Positions 6,685-14,127 of a DNA stretch of 21,089 nucleotides are shown one piece after another. The translations under genes and the position numbers were made by a program. How positions within the stretch are numbered: the first letter of the stretch is position 1; each line of letters begins with the position of its first letter. This DNA comes from Gemmatimonadota bacterium (lineage in GTDB: Bacteria; Gemmatimonadota; Gemmatimonadetes; Gemmatimonadales; GWC2-71-9). The stretch lies in assembly GCA_039591655.1 (NCBI GenBank), contig JBDHDE010000049.1, positions 1-21,089 on the forward strand. Reading direction: 5' to 3'. Under the pieces are notes generated by a model. The model was not told the origin of the DNA. It made no database searches and saw nothing but the letters and a program-made list of their open reading frames with translations.

Positions 6685-9162
6685 CTATGGTGGTGATTGC
6701 CGGAAGAAGCTGGTTTGCCGGAACATCCGGTCGGCCAGGGTCGAGGCCTCCCTCGCCCGCATGAGCGTCTGCATTTCGAGTGGCGCGGCAACGGTATCGC
6801 GGATCGCCTGTGAGACGTAATCCGCGAAGCCGGCATAGACCACGGCGTAGAGGGAGAGAATCCCCTCCGACGGCCTGTCGATCCAGCCGCGGGGTCGCTC
6901 CTGCGCAGCGCTCTCCGGATGATATAAGTCGAACAGCAGCGTCTCCGTCCGCCCCAGGTCCACCCATCCCAGACCCCGCATCAGGCCGATACCCTCTGCC
7001 GGTTGCACCGAATCAGCAAGCAGCCTGCGCACCAACCCCTGTCCCAGGAGGTAGGGCGTGAACCCGAGTCCGTCCGGGATGTTCCCTGCGGTGCGGGAGA
7101 AGTAGAACGGCCGCTTCCCCAGGTTGTCCTGGATGAGCTGAAGGGTGACGATGTGCGCGCGCTCCAGGTACCGGGGCTCGATCACGGCGCGCAGATTGCC
7201 CACGGTGAACACGCTGCGCTGTGTCACCTGGTGAAACGATGGCAGTGCGTCGATCTGCTGGTACGTCATGCTCAGCGGCGATTCGGTGGGCTGCTGCCAG
7301 TCCCCGTGCCGGAACAGCGGAGGGGCATTTGCCGTGTCGAACGGGACGATGGCACGTCGCTTCAGCTGGCGAACGTGCCAGTCGGTGTTCATCAGGGATA
7401 GGTTGGCGACGAGCACGTCCTGCCGTACGCCCTCGACCTCCTGCATGTACCACAGGGGGAAGGTGTCGTTGTCGCCGGCGGTGATCAGGATGCCGTAGGG
7501 CTCCACCGACTGCAGGATGTCCCACGCGAAGTCCCGCGGCAGCCACTCGCCGCCCCGAGAGGCCGTGAGATGATTGCCCCAGAACGGGAGCAGGGCCGTG
7601 AGCAGCACGGGCGCGCTGGCGTACCAGCAAAGCCTCTGGTCGAGGCGGGTACCGAGCCACCCCGCGACGGTCGCGAGGGCGGTCCCGAGACCCAAAGCCA
7701 CCCAAATGCCCCAGAGCTGGAACGACGCGATGAAGAAGTAGTCCCGCTCGCGCACCTCGCGCGTGAGATTCTCTCCCGGCCTGATCGAGAACCCGTACTT
7801 GAAGTCCAGGTAGAAGACGAGGAGCACCGTCACCGTCACCATGAGAGCGGTCATGGCGATGGCGCCCCGCTTGTCCCGCTGCCACTGGCGCAGCGCGCCC
7901 AGCAGCCCCAGGCCGCCGAACAGCACGGCTGCCAGCCCCCGGAAGCGTGCGCTCCAGTCGTGGGCGAACTGCCACACGAAGTACTGCACATAGTTGGCGT
8001 ACTGCCAGAGGAGCTCCGCCTGGCGAGGAATCAGCGGTCCCTTCTGATACTGCTCCCGGTTCAGCACGTCCATCAGGGCTTGCCGCGTGATCGGCTCCCC
8101 CTCGTTGATGGCCGGGTAGTGCGCCGCACGGATCGGCAGGACTGCCCACACGCTGACGCCCACGGCTACCACGCCTAGCGCTACCAGCACCAACCGGAGG
8201 TTCCCCGTTCGGAGAGCGAAGCTCCCGAGGGCCAGGAGCAGCACGGCCGCCCCCAAGAGGGGGAGCGGCTGCCAGTTGCCCCACGATGTGGCCAAGATCC
8301 AGCCGGCGACCCCGGCGGCAGCAGCCGCCAGCCCGATCCGGGTGAGGGGACTCGTGTGAAAGCGAAACGTCGGCCACAGAACGCCTGCCAGGATGACCAC
8401 CGCCAGTAGGAGCGAGGCGGTCTGCTCCTGGTCGGCTCTCCAACGGAGAAAGAGCAAGCCGCCTATCACCGCAGCGGTGAAGAGTCCCGCCGCCGCCAGC
8501 AGCCTCTCCCACAGGTTGTCGTGTGCCTCAGCGGCCTCCACATAGACAAGCACGGCCGGGATCGCCAACAGGCCCATCAGGTGGTTCGTGGCGGAGAGCG
8601 CCACGAGATACACGATGAGGATCAGCCAATGGTCACGTCGCTCTCCAGCTGGCTCGTCTCCCCAATGCACCGCCAGCCACAGCACCACGGCGATGGACAG
8701 CAGGCTCAGCGTGTAGACCTTCTCGTTCACGACCGACTGGTTCCACACGGTGAACGAGGTGGCGCCCACGAGAATTCCGGCGAACGCGGCGCCGATTCGG
8801 GCCCACCGGGGCTCGGGGATGATCTCCCGCAGGAATCGCTCTGCCACGAGGAAGAGCAGGCCGGAGGCGAGGGCGCTCGTGACCGCCGCGAGCAGGTTGA
8901 TCCGCAACGCGTAGTGCGCTACCAGGGGAATCAAGCCCCAGACGTGGGCCAGGAGCACGAAGAGGGGATTCCCCGGCGGGTGGGGAATCCCCAGCACCTT
9001 GGCCGCCGCGATGTATTCGGCGGTGTCCCAGAACTGCGTTGTCGGGGCGATAGTGACGACGTAGAGGGCCAGGATCGCCCCAAACACGAGCGCCGCCGCG
9101 AGGTAGGGCGGTCGCTCCCTGGTCGGTCCGGCCGTGGTCGGCGGTGGCGCCGGTTGGCTCAT
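6685..9162 (-). CDS. DUF2723-domain (TMEM260-like) GT-C fold polytopic membrane glycosyltransferase (825 aa)
   Basis: Signature motifs recognised: APTTQFWDTAEYIAAAKVLGIPHPPGNPLF, SFTVWNQSVVNEKVY, NHLMGLL, INEGEP, LNREQY, REVRERDYFF and GDNDTFPLWYMQEVEGVRQDV.VANLSLMNTDW. There are many TM helices and a soluble C-terminal domain. Confidence 0.88.
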   Translation of the reverse strand: MSQPAPPPTTAGPTRERPPYLAAALVFGAILALYVVTIAPTTQFWDTAEYIAAAKVLGIPHPPGNPLFVLLAHVWGLIPLVAHYALRINLLAAVTSALASGLLFLVAERFLREIIPEPRWARIGAAFAGILVGATSFTVWNQSVVNEKVYTLSLLSIAVVLWLAVHWGDEPAGERRDHWLILIVYLVALSATNHLMGLLAIPAVLVYVEAAEAHDNLWERLLAAAGLFTAAVIGGLLFLRWRADQEQTASLLLAVVILAGVLWPTFRFHTSPLTRIGLAAAAAGVAGWILATSWGNWQPLPLLGAAVLLLALGSFALRTGNLRLVLVALGVVAVGVSVWAVLPIRAAHYPAINEGEPITRQALMDVLNREQYQKGPLIPRQAELLWQYANYVQYFVWQFAHDWSARFRGLAAVLFGGLGLLGALRQWQRDKRGAIAMTALMVTVTVLLVFYLDFKYGFSIRPGENLTREVRERDYFFIASFQLWGIWVALGLGTALATVAGWLGTRLDQRLCWYASAPVLLTALLPFWGNHLTASRGGEWLPRDFAWDILQSVEPYGILITAGDNDTFPLWYMQEVEGVRQDVLVANLSLMNTDWHVRQLKRRAIVPFDTANAPPLFRHGDWQQPTESPLSMTYQQIDALPSFHQVTQRSVFTVGNLRAVIEPRYLERAHIVTLQLIQDNLGKRPFYFSRTAGNIPDGLGFTPYLLGQGLVRRLLADSVQPAEGIGLMRGLGWVDLGRTETLLFDLYHPESAAQERPRGWIDRPSEGILSLYAVVYAGFADYVSQAIRDTVAAPLEMQTLMRAREASTLADRMFRQTSFFRQSPP

Positions 9163-9168
9163 TGTCCG

Positions 9169-10698
9169 CTAGTGCCGGAACTGCCGTTGTCCCGTGAACA
9201 CCATGGCGATGTCGTGCTCGTCGGCAGCTGCCTTCACTTCCTTGTCACGGACGGACCCGCCGGGCTGGATCACGGCGGTGACTCCCGCCGCGGCCGCCTG
9301 CTCGATGCCGTCGGCGAACGGGAAGAACGCGTCGGAGGCGAGGACCGCGCCCTTCGGGTCGTGGCCTGCATCCCGGGCCTTGTGCGTGGCGATGAACGCC
9401 GCGTCCACCCGACTCATCTGGCCGGCGCCGATGCCGATGGCGGCCTCGTCCTTGGCGAGGAGTATCGCGTTCGACTTGACAGACGACACCGCCGCCCAGG
9501 CGAATCTGAGGTCGCGCCACTCGCTGTCGGAGGGCTTGCGCTTCGTGGCCACCTTCCACTTCGACTCGTCGGCCGAGACCGTGAAGCGGTCCTGCGCGAG
9601 GAAGCCCCCGCGCACGCGCTTGAAATCGAGGGCCGGGCGGCTATCGGCCAGGGGAAGCTCCACCACACGCAAGTTCTTCTTGCGCTGGAAGACGGCCACC
9701 GCGTCGTCATGGAAGCGAGGCGCGACGACGACCTCTACGAACAGATCGTGCATCGCCTCGGCCGTGGGGAGGTCCACGATGGTGTTGAAGCCCACCACCG
9801 AGCCGAATGCCGACTTCGAGTCCGTGGCCAGCGCCCGGCGGTACGCCTCCTCGGTGCTGGTGCCGACGGCGACGCCGCAGGGGGTCGTGTGTTTGATGAT
9901 GGCGCAGGCCGGCCGGTCGGGCCACGGAGCCACCGCCATCACGGCGCCCTCGATGTCGAGTAGGTTGTTGAAGGAGAGCTCTTTCCCGTGGAGCTGCCGC
10001 AGCTCGTCGAATCCCCGGCCCTCGCCGGTCACGTAGAGTGCGGCGCGCTGAATCGGATTCTCGCCGTAACGCAGTGGCTGCACGCGCTGCAGTGAGAGGC
10101 CCATCATGGGGGGCAGGGTGTCACTCTCCCTGGCGAGGAACTGCGCGATGGCGGCGTCGTAGGCCGCCGTGTGACTGAACACCTTGGCTGCGAGCTCGAG
10201 ACGAAGCTCCGGTGTGGCGTGGTGCTTCTCAATGGCCTCCAGCACGCGGTCGTAGTCGCGCGGGTCCACCACCGGTATGACGTGGATGTGGTTCTTGGCC
10301 GCCGACCGGAGCATCGACGGTCCCCCAATGTCGATTTGCTCGACTGCGTCCTCCAGTTTCACGTTGGGTTTGCCCACCGTCTCGCGGAACGGGTACAGGT
10401 TCACCGCCACCAGGTCGATGGGCGTCAGGCCGTGGGCCTCGAGCTGGTCCATGTGGTCCGCGGAGTCACGCCGGGCGAGAAGGGCGGCGTGCACGGCGGG
10501 ATGCAGGGTCTTGACCCGCCCGTCCATGATTTCGGGGAACCCCGTGACCTGTTCGATGGCGGTGACGGCGATCCCGCTCTGGCCCAGGACTGTGGCCGTG
10601 CCGCCTGTGGAGATGACCTCCCAGTCGAGGGCCGCTAGGCCGCGCGCGAACTGGGTCACACCGCGCTTGTCGGATACAGAGATCAGTGCCCGCGGCAC
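9169..10698 (-). CDS. purH: Bifunctional AICAR transformylase/IMP cyclohydrolase
   Basis: Motifs ALISVSDK, STGGT, GRVKTLHP, IDIGGPSMLRSAAKN, LRYGENP, KHTTPCG, GAGQMSRVD, SDAFFPF and IQPGGSVRD, ending FRH. GTG start with an AAGGAGG SD upstream. Confidence 0.98.
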   Translation of the reverse strand: MPRALISVSDKRGVTQFARGLAALDWEVISTGGTATVLGQSGIAVTAIEQVTGFPEIMDGRVKTLHPAVHAALLARRDSADHMDQLEAHGLTPIDLVAVNLYPFRETVGKPNVKLEDAVEQIDIGGPSMLRSAAKNHIHVIPVVDPRDYDRVLEAIEKHHATPELRLELAAKVFSHTAAYDAAIAQFLARESDTLPPMMGLSLQRVQPLRYGENPIQRAALYVTGEGRGFDELRQLHGKELSFNNLLDIEGAVMAVAPWPDRPACAIIKHTTPCGVAVGTSTEEAYRRALATDSKSAFGSVVGFNTIVDLPTAEAMHDLFVEVVVAPRFHDDAVAVFQRKKNLRVVELPLADSRPALDFKRVRGGFLAQDRFTVSADESKWKVATKRKPSDSEWRDLRFAWAAVSSVKSNAILLAKDEAAIGIGAGQMSRVDAAFIATHKARDAGHDPKGAVLASDAFFPFADGIEQAAAAGVTAVIQPGGSVRDKEVKAAADEHDIAMVFTGQRQFRH

Positions 10699-10733
10699 CC
10701 TTCCTCCTTCACCTCGCAGCTGTTCGCCACGCC

Positions 10734-11378
10734 TCAGTTTGGGATCAACGCGTCGGCCACGCCGCCCGCCTCAGCGGACGGTCCGAAGCTCGCCGCCTTT
10801 CCCACGAGCCGCACCACGCCGCCGGCCCGCGCCGCCGCCAGGACCACCGCCGGGAGGAGCTGGTGCTCGACCCCGAGCACCCGCGCCGCAAGCGACTCGG
10901 GCGTGTCGTCGGCCGCCACCGGCACCGGCCACTGGGCGATGATGGGCCCCCGATCGTACTCGGCGTTGACCAGGTGCACCGTGGGCCCCGACACCGTGGC
11001 TCCCGACTCCAAGACCGCTTCGTGCACGTGGTGTCCGTACATTCCGGGGCCGCCGAACGAGGGAAGCAACGCCGGATGGATGTTGATCATCCGATCCTCG
11101 AACGCCTGCACTACTTCCTCGGGAACGAGCTTCAGATAACCGGCCAAGACCACCAGGTCCACGTCGTGCTCGCGCAACAGCGTCACCAGCTCGGCCGGGT
11201 CGGCGGGATCCTGAAGCACCGCCGTCGGCACGTCGGCTTTGCGCGCACGCTCCAGCGCGCCGGCCGTCGCCTTGTTGCTGACCACCAGCACCACGTGAGC
11301 CGGTGCATCGCCCCGACACGTATCGAGTAACGCCTGGAGATTGGTGCCACCGCCTGAGGCGAGAACGGCTACTCGCAT
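10734..11378 (-). CDS. purN: Phosphoribosylglycinamide formyltransferase (214 aa)
   Basis: Motifs MRVAVLASGGGTNLQAL, LAGYLK, INIHPALLPSFGG, SGPTVHLV and YDRGPII. The start was reassigned to ATG 11378, where homology begins. Confidence 0.96.
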   Translation of the reverse strand: MRVAVLASGGGTNLQALLDTCRGDAPAHVVLVVSNKATAGALERARKADVPTAVLQDPADPAELVTLLREHDVDLVVLAGYLKLVPEEVVQAFEDRMINIHPALLPSFGGPGMYGHHVHEAVLESGATVSGPTVHLVNAEYDRGPIIAQWPVPVAADDTPESLAARVLGVEHQLLPAVVLAAARAGGVVRLVGKAASFGPSAEAGGVADALIPN

Positions 11379-11476
11379 GGGGTGGTGCGGTTTCGGTTGT
11401 GATGTGGGGCGCTCATGTCCTCTAATTAAGGAATGGCGCTTCGATGTCTGGCGCAATCTGGCGCGGGGTACGCCAA

Positions 11477-12814
11477 TTAGCAATTCGCCGCCGCGACGGC
11501 GTCGGCCACTATCTTGAGCTCGTCGTCGCTCAGCGTCCGCACGTCGAACACGACCCGGCCCTCCTGAGTCCGCGCGATCACTGGCGGATCGTAACCCCTG
11601 AGACGCTCGAGGAAATCGTCGCAGGACGCGACCTCGAGAGTCACGACCGTCGTCGCCAGCTCGCTGCCCGGGAACGAGCCGCCGCCCACCGTCGACGCAC
11701 CACGCTCGGTGCGGGCGCCCGGGATGCGCCGCGCCAGCCTTCGCGCCCGACGCAGCAGGTGGTCGGGCTTCGCCGTCAGCATGGCGAGGGTCGGGATCTC
11801 GCTGCGCGCGCGCTCTGGATCGCGGTATAGGGCGAGTGTGGTCTCCAGTGCCGCGAAGGTCGTCTTGTCGGGTCGCAGCGCGCGGGCGAGCGGATTCTGC
11901 GCTGCACGGGACACGATCGCGTGAGGGCCGACGATGATCCCCGCTTGCGGTCCCCCCAGGAGCTTGTCGCCTGAGAAGGCGACCGTCGCACCCGCCGCCA
12001 CGCTGTCGCGGACCAGCGGCTCACCGGTGAGGCCGTACGCTTCGAGGGACAGGAGGAGGCCGCTGCCCACATCGTGCACGATGGGGATACGCCGCTCCCG
12101 CCCGAGATCGACCAGTTCCGCGACGTCCGGCTCGGTCACGAAGCCCGTGAGCTGGAAGTTGGAGCGGTGCACCTTGAGGATGAGCCTGGTGCGCGGGCTC
12201 ACGGCCAACTCGTAATCTCTCGTGCGCGTGCGATTCGTGGTACCGACCTCGATCAGCACGCTCCCGCTCTTCGCCAGGATCTCGGGAATCCGGAAGGCGC
12301 CTCCGATCTCCACCAGCTCTCCCCGGGAGACGAGAGTCTCGCCGGCCTCGGCCAGCGTGTTGACCAGGAGGAAAAGCGCCGCCGCCGCGTTGCTGGCTAC
12401 CAGCGCGTCCTCGGCGCCTGTGAGCTCGCACAGGAGCGCCCGGCAGTGGTCCTGGCGTGAGCCGCGGCTCCCAGTGCTCAGGTCGAACTCCAGAGAGCTG
12501 TAGCCCAGTGCCGACTCCACGGCCTGAACGGCTGCCGCGGCCAGCGGCGCCCGACCGAGGTTGGTGTGGAGAACGACGCCGGTGGCGTTCACGACCCGCC
12601 GCAGCGAGAGGCGCGAGCGCTCCTCCAGCCGGTGGCGTACGGCCTCCAGCCATCCGTCTGCGGGCGGCGCGCCGCCGCGCTCCCGAGCCCGGGCCAGAGT
12701 GTCCCGGATTGCGTCCACCAGAGCAGCGCGGGAAGCCTCGGCCGCCATCCCGGCCGCCTCTGCCTCGGCCAGGAGCGCGTTCACTGCCGGGAGCCCTCGA
12801 CGCGGGTCGCTCAT
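11477..12814 (-). CDS. selA: L-seryl-tRNA(Sec) selenium transferase (selenocysteine synthase, 445 aa)
   Basis: Motifs RRVVNATGVVLHTNLGRAPL, VSRGELVEIGGAFRIP, EVGTTNRT, KVHRSNF, the PLP-lysine motif FSGDKLLGGPQAGI, and RALRPDK. ATG 12814 overlaps the upstream stop (ATGA). Confidence 0.95.
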   Translation of the reverse strand: MSDPRRGLPAVNALLAEAEAAGMAAEASRAALVDAIRDTLARARERGGAPPADGWLEAVRHRLEERSRLSLRRVVNATGVVLHTNLGRAPLAAAAVQAVESALGYSSLEFDLSTGSRGSRQDHCRALLCELTGAEDALVASNAAAALFLLVNTLAEAGETLVSRGELVEIGGAFRIPEILAKSGSVLIEVGTTNRTRTRDYELAVSPRTRLILKVHRSNFQLTGFVTEPDVAELVDLGRERRIPIVHDVGSGLLLSLEAYGLTGEPLVRDSVAAGATVAFSGDKLLGGPQAGIIVGPHAIVSRAAQNPLARALRPDKTTFAALETTLALYRDPERARSEIPTLAMLTAKPDHLLRRARRLARRIPGARTERGASTVGGGSFPGSELATTVVTLEVASCDDFLERLRGYDPPVIARTQEGRVVFDVRTLSDDELKIVADAVAAANC

Positions 12815-14127
12815 GTCGAGTCCGGCGGTATGGCCCGCTGCAGCGAGTCGGCAGCGGCCGCCGCCGAGTCGGACGGCTCGGCCTCTTGTCGAGGCTCGGG
12901 CACCGCGACCGGGAGCTTCGATTCCGCCGCGGCGCCGGCGATTCCCGTTGCGGTCGCCCCGAAGAGGTAGCGGCCACCCGGCGTCATCGGATCGGCGAGG
13001 CGCACGATCCATGCGTCCGAGAGTGCGGGCCGTTGTGCGAGGAGCCGGACGGCGCGACTCGTGTCGGCCGCCGTCGTGTCCTGTGTGACCTCCGTACCGG
13101 GGGTGGGGGGCTCCCGTCCCGGGCGTTCGGCCCGCGGCGGGCGTGGCGGCAGCGTGTCGGGGGCGAGAATGGTGTCCGGCGCCGCCGCCCGGCCGGTGTC
13201 CGCGGCGGCGCGACGCGCCTCCTCCTCGGACCGTACCGAGTCGTATGCTGCCGTGCTCCAGACGGCCGACACAGTCACGGGCGTGGTGTCCGGCAGCGCC
13301 CAGACCTGCACCGCCGCCGGGTCCGGCGTGACGGGGGCGAGCATCTGACTGAACTCAACCCGCACGGTCACGCTGTCGATGTGTGCGAGCTGCTGGATCC
13401 GGGGACCGACCGTGTCGTGGGTGAACGTCCAAAACACGTGGGACTCGGCGGAGTCCAGCAGCACGGTCACGGTGTCGAACGCCTCACGCAGGTCGCGCCG
13501 GCGGTTGGCGTTGCCGTCGATGGCCGCACTCACGAGGTACGTCCCCCGGGGCAGGGCACTGAGGGTGAATTCCCCCGTGGAGTCCGCGACGCCCAGGTAG
13601 GCCAACGAGTCCGGCAGCAACACGGCCTCGATCAGGGCTGCGGCCCCGGCCCGCCCGCTCTCCCAGTCCAGCACCGTGCCAGTGATCCGGGTATCCGGAA
13701 TCTCTCCGCCGGTGGAGAAAATGATCGTGCGACCCTCGGTCATCTGATTGTTGCGCAGGTCGGTGACGCCCGCGCTGAGCACCACGTGGTACACCAGGTC
13801 CGGTTGCCATCCCTCCTTGGGCTCGACGTGGATCGCGGAACGCTTCCAGGAGACCCGCAGCTCCCGCGGTCGTGGGGAGAGGCTCACCAGGTTCTGCAGC
13901 CCGCCGCCGGAGGCCTCGCTGATCACCTCGTCGAACTCGATCACCACTGGATCGTCCCACTCGGGCACCACGGACCCGGAGTCGGGGGTCACGCTCTCGA
14001 TGGCAGGCGGGGCGAAATCGGGAGGGCCGCCTGGAGGGTCCTGGATGACGGCGCACGCCGCGAACAGCGCCGCTAGCAGCCCAAGGCGCGCAGCTTGTCG
14101 GCCAGCGCTTCGCGCTGCTCGCGCCAC
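12811..14127 (-). CDS. Exported lipoprotein with an N-terminal bacterial Ig-like (Big_5-type) domain, a carboxypeptidase-regulatory-like beta domain and Pro/Ala/Thr-rich linkers (438 aa)
   Basis: AAGGAG lies 5 nt before GTG 14127. The signal peptide MARAARSAGRQAARLGLLAALFAA|C has a lipobox. It is followed by CAVIQDPPGGPPDFAPP..IEFDEVI..VTDLRNN..FSTG (Big_5-like) and ITGTV..DSTGEFTLSALPRGTYLV.A..D.N.N. Confidence 0.8.
   Translation of the reverse strand: MARAARSAGRQAARLGLLAALFAACAVIQDPPGGPPDFAPPAIESVTPDSGSVVPEWDDPVVIEFDEVISEASGGGLQNLVSLSPRPRELRVSWKRSAIHVEPKEGWQPDLVYHVVLSAGVTDLRNNQMTEGRTIIFSTGGEIPDTRITGTVLDWESGRAGAAALIEAVLLPDSLAYLGVADSTGEFTLSALPRGTYLVSAAIDGNANRRRDLREAFDTVTVLLDSAESHVFWTFTHDTVGPRIQQLAHIDSVTVRVEFSQMLAPVTPDPAAVQVWALPDTTPVTVSAVWSTAAYDSVRSEEEARRAAADTGRAAAPDTILAPDTLPPRPPRAERPGREPPTPGTEVTQDTTAADTSRAVRLLAQRPALSDAWIVRLADPMTPGGRYLFGATATGIAGAAAESKLPVAVPEPRQEAEPSDSAAAAADSLQRAIPPDST

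Noticed and set aside
10682..10736. UGA read-through (selenocysteine) at TGA-ending genes, given selA nearby
   Set aside because: Extending purN past its TGA gives only a short meaningless peptide. Most other TGA stops overlap downstream start codons and end complete domains. No redox-motif context or convincing SECIS was seen.
11379..11476. Possible ZMP/ZTP (pfl) riboswitch or tRNA-Sec between selA and purN
   Set aside because: The conserved ZTP aptamer elements and a tRNA cloverleaf or T-loop are not present.
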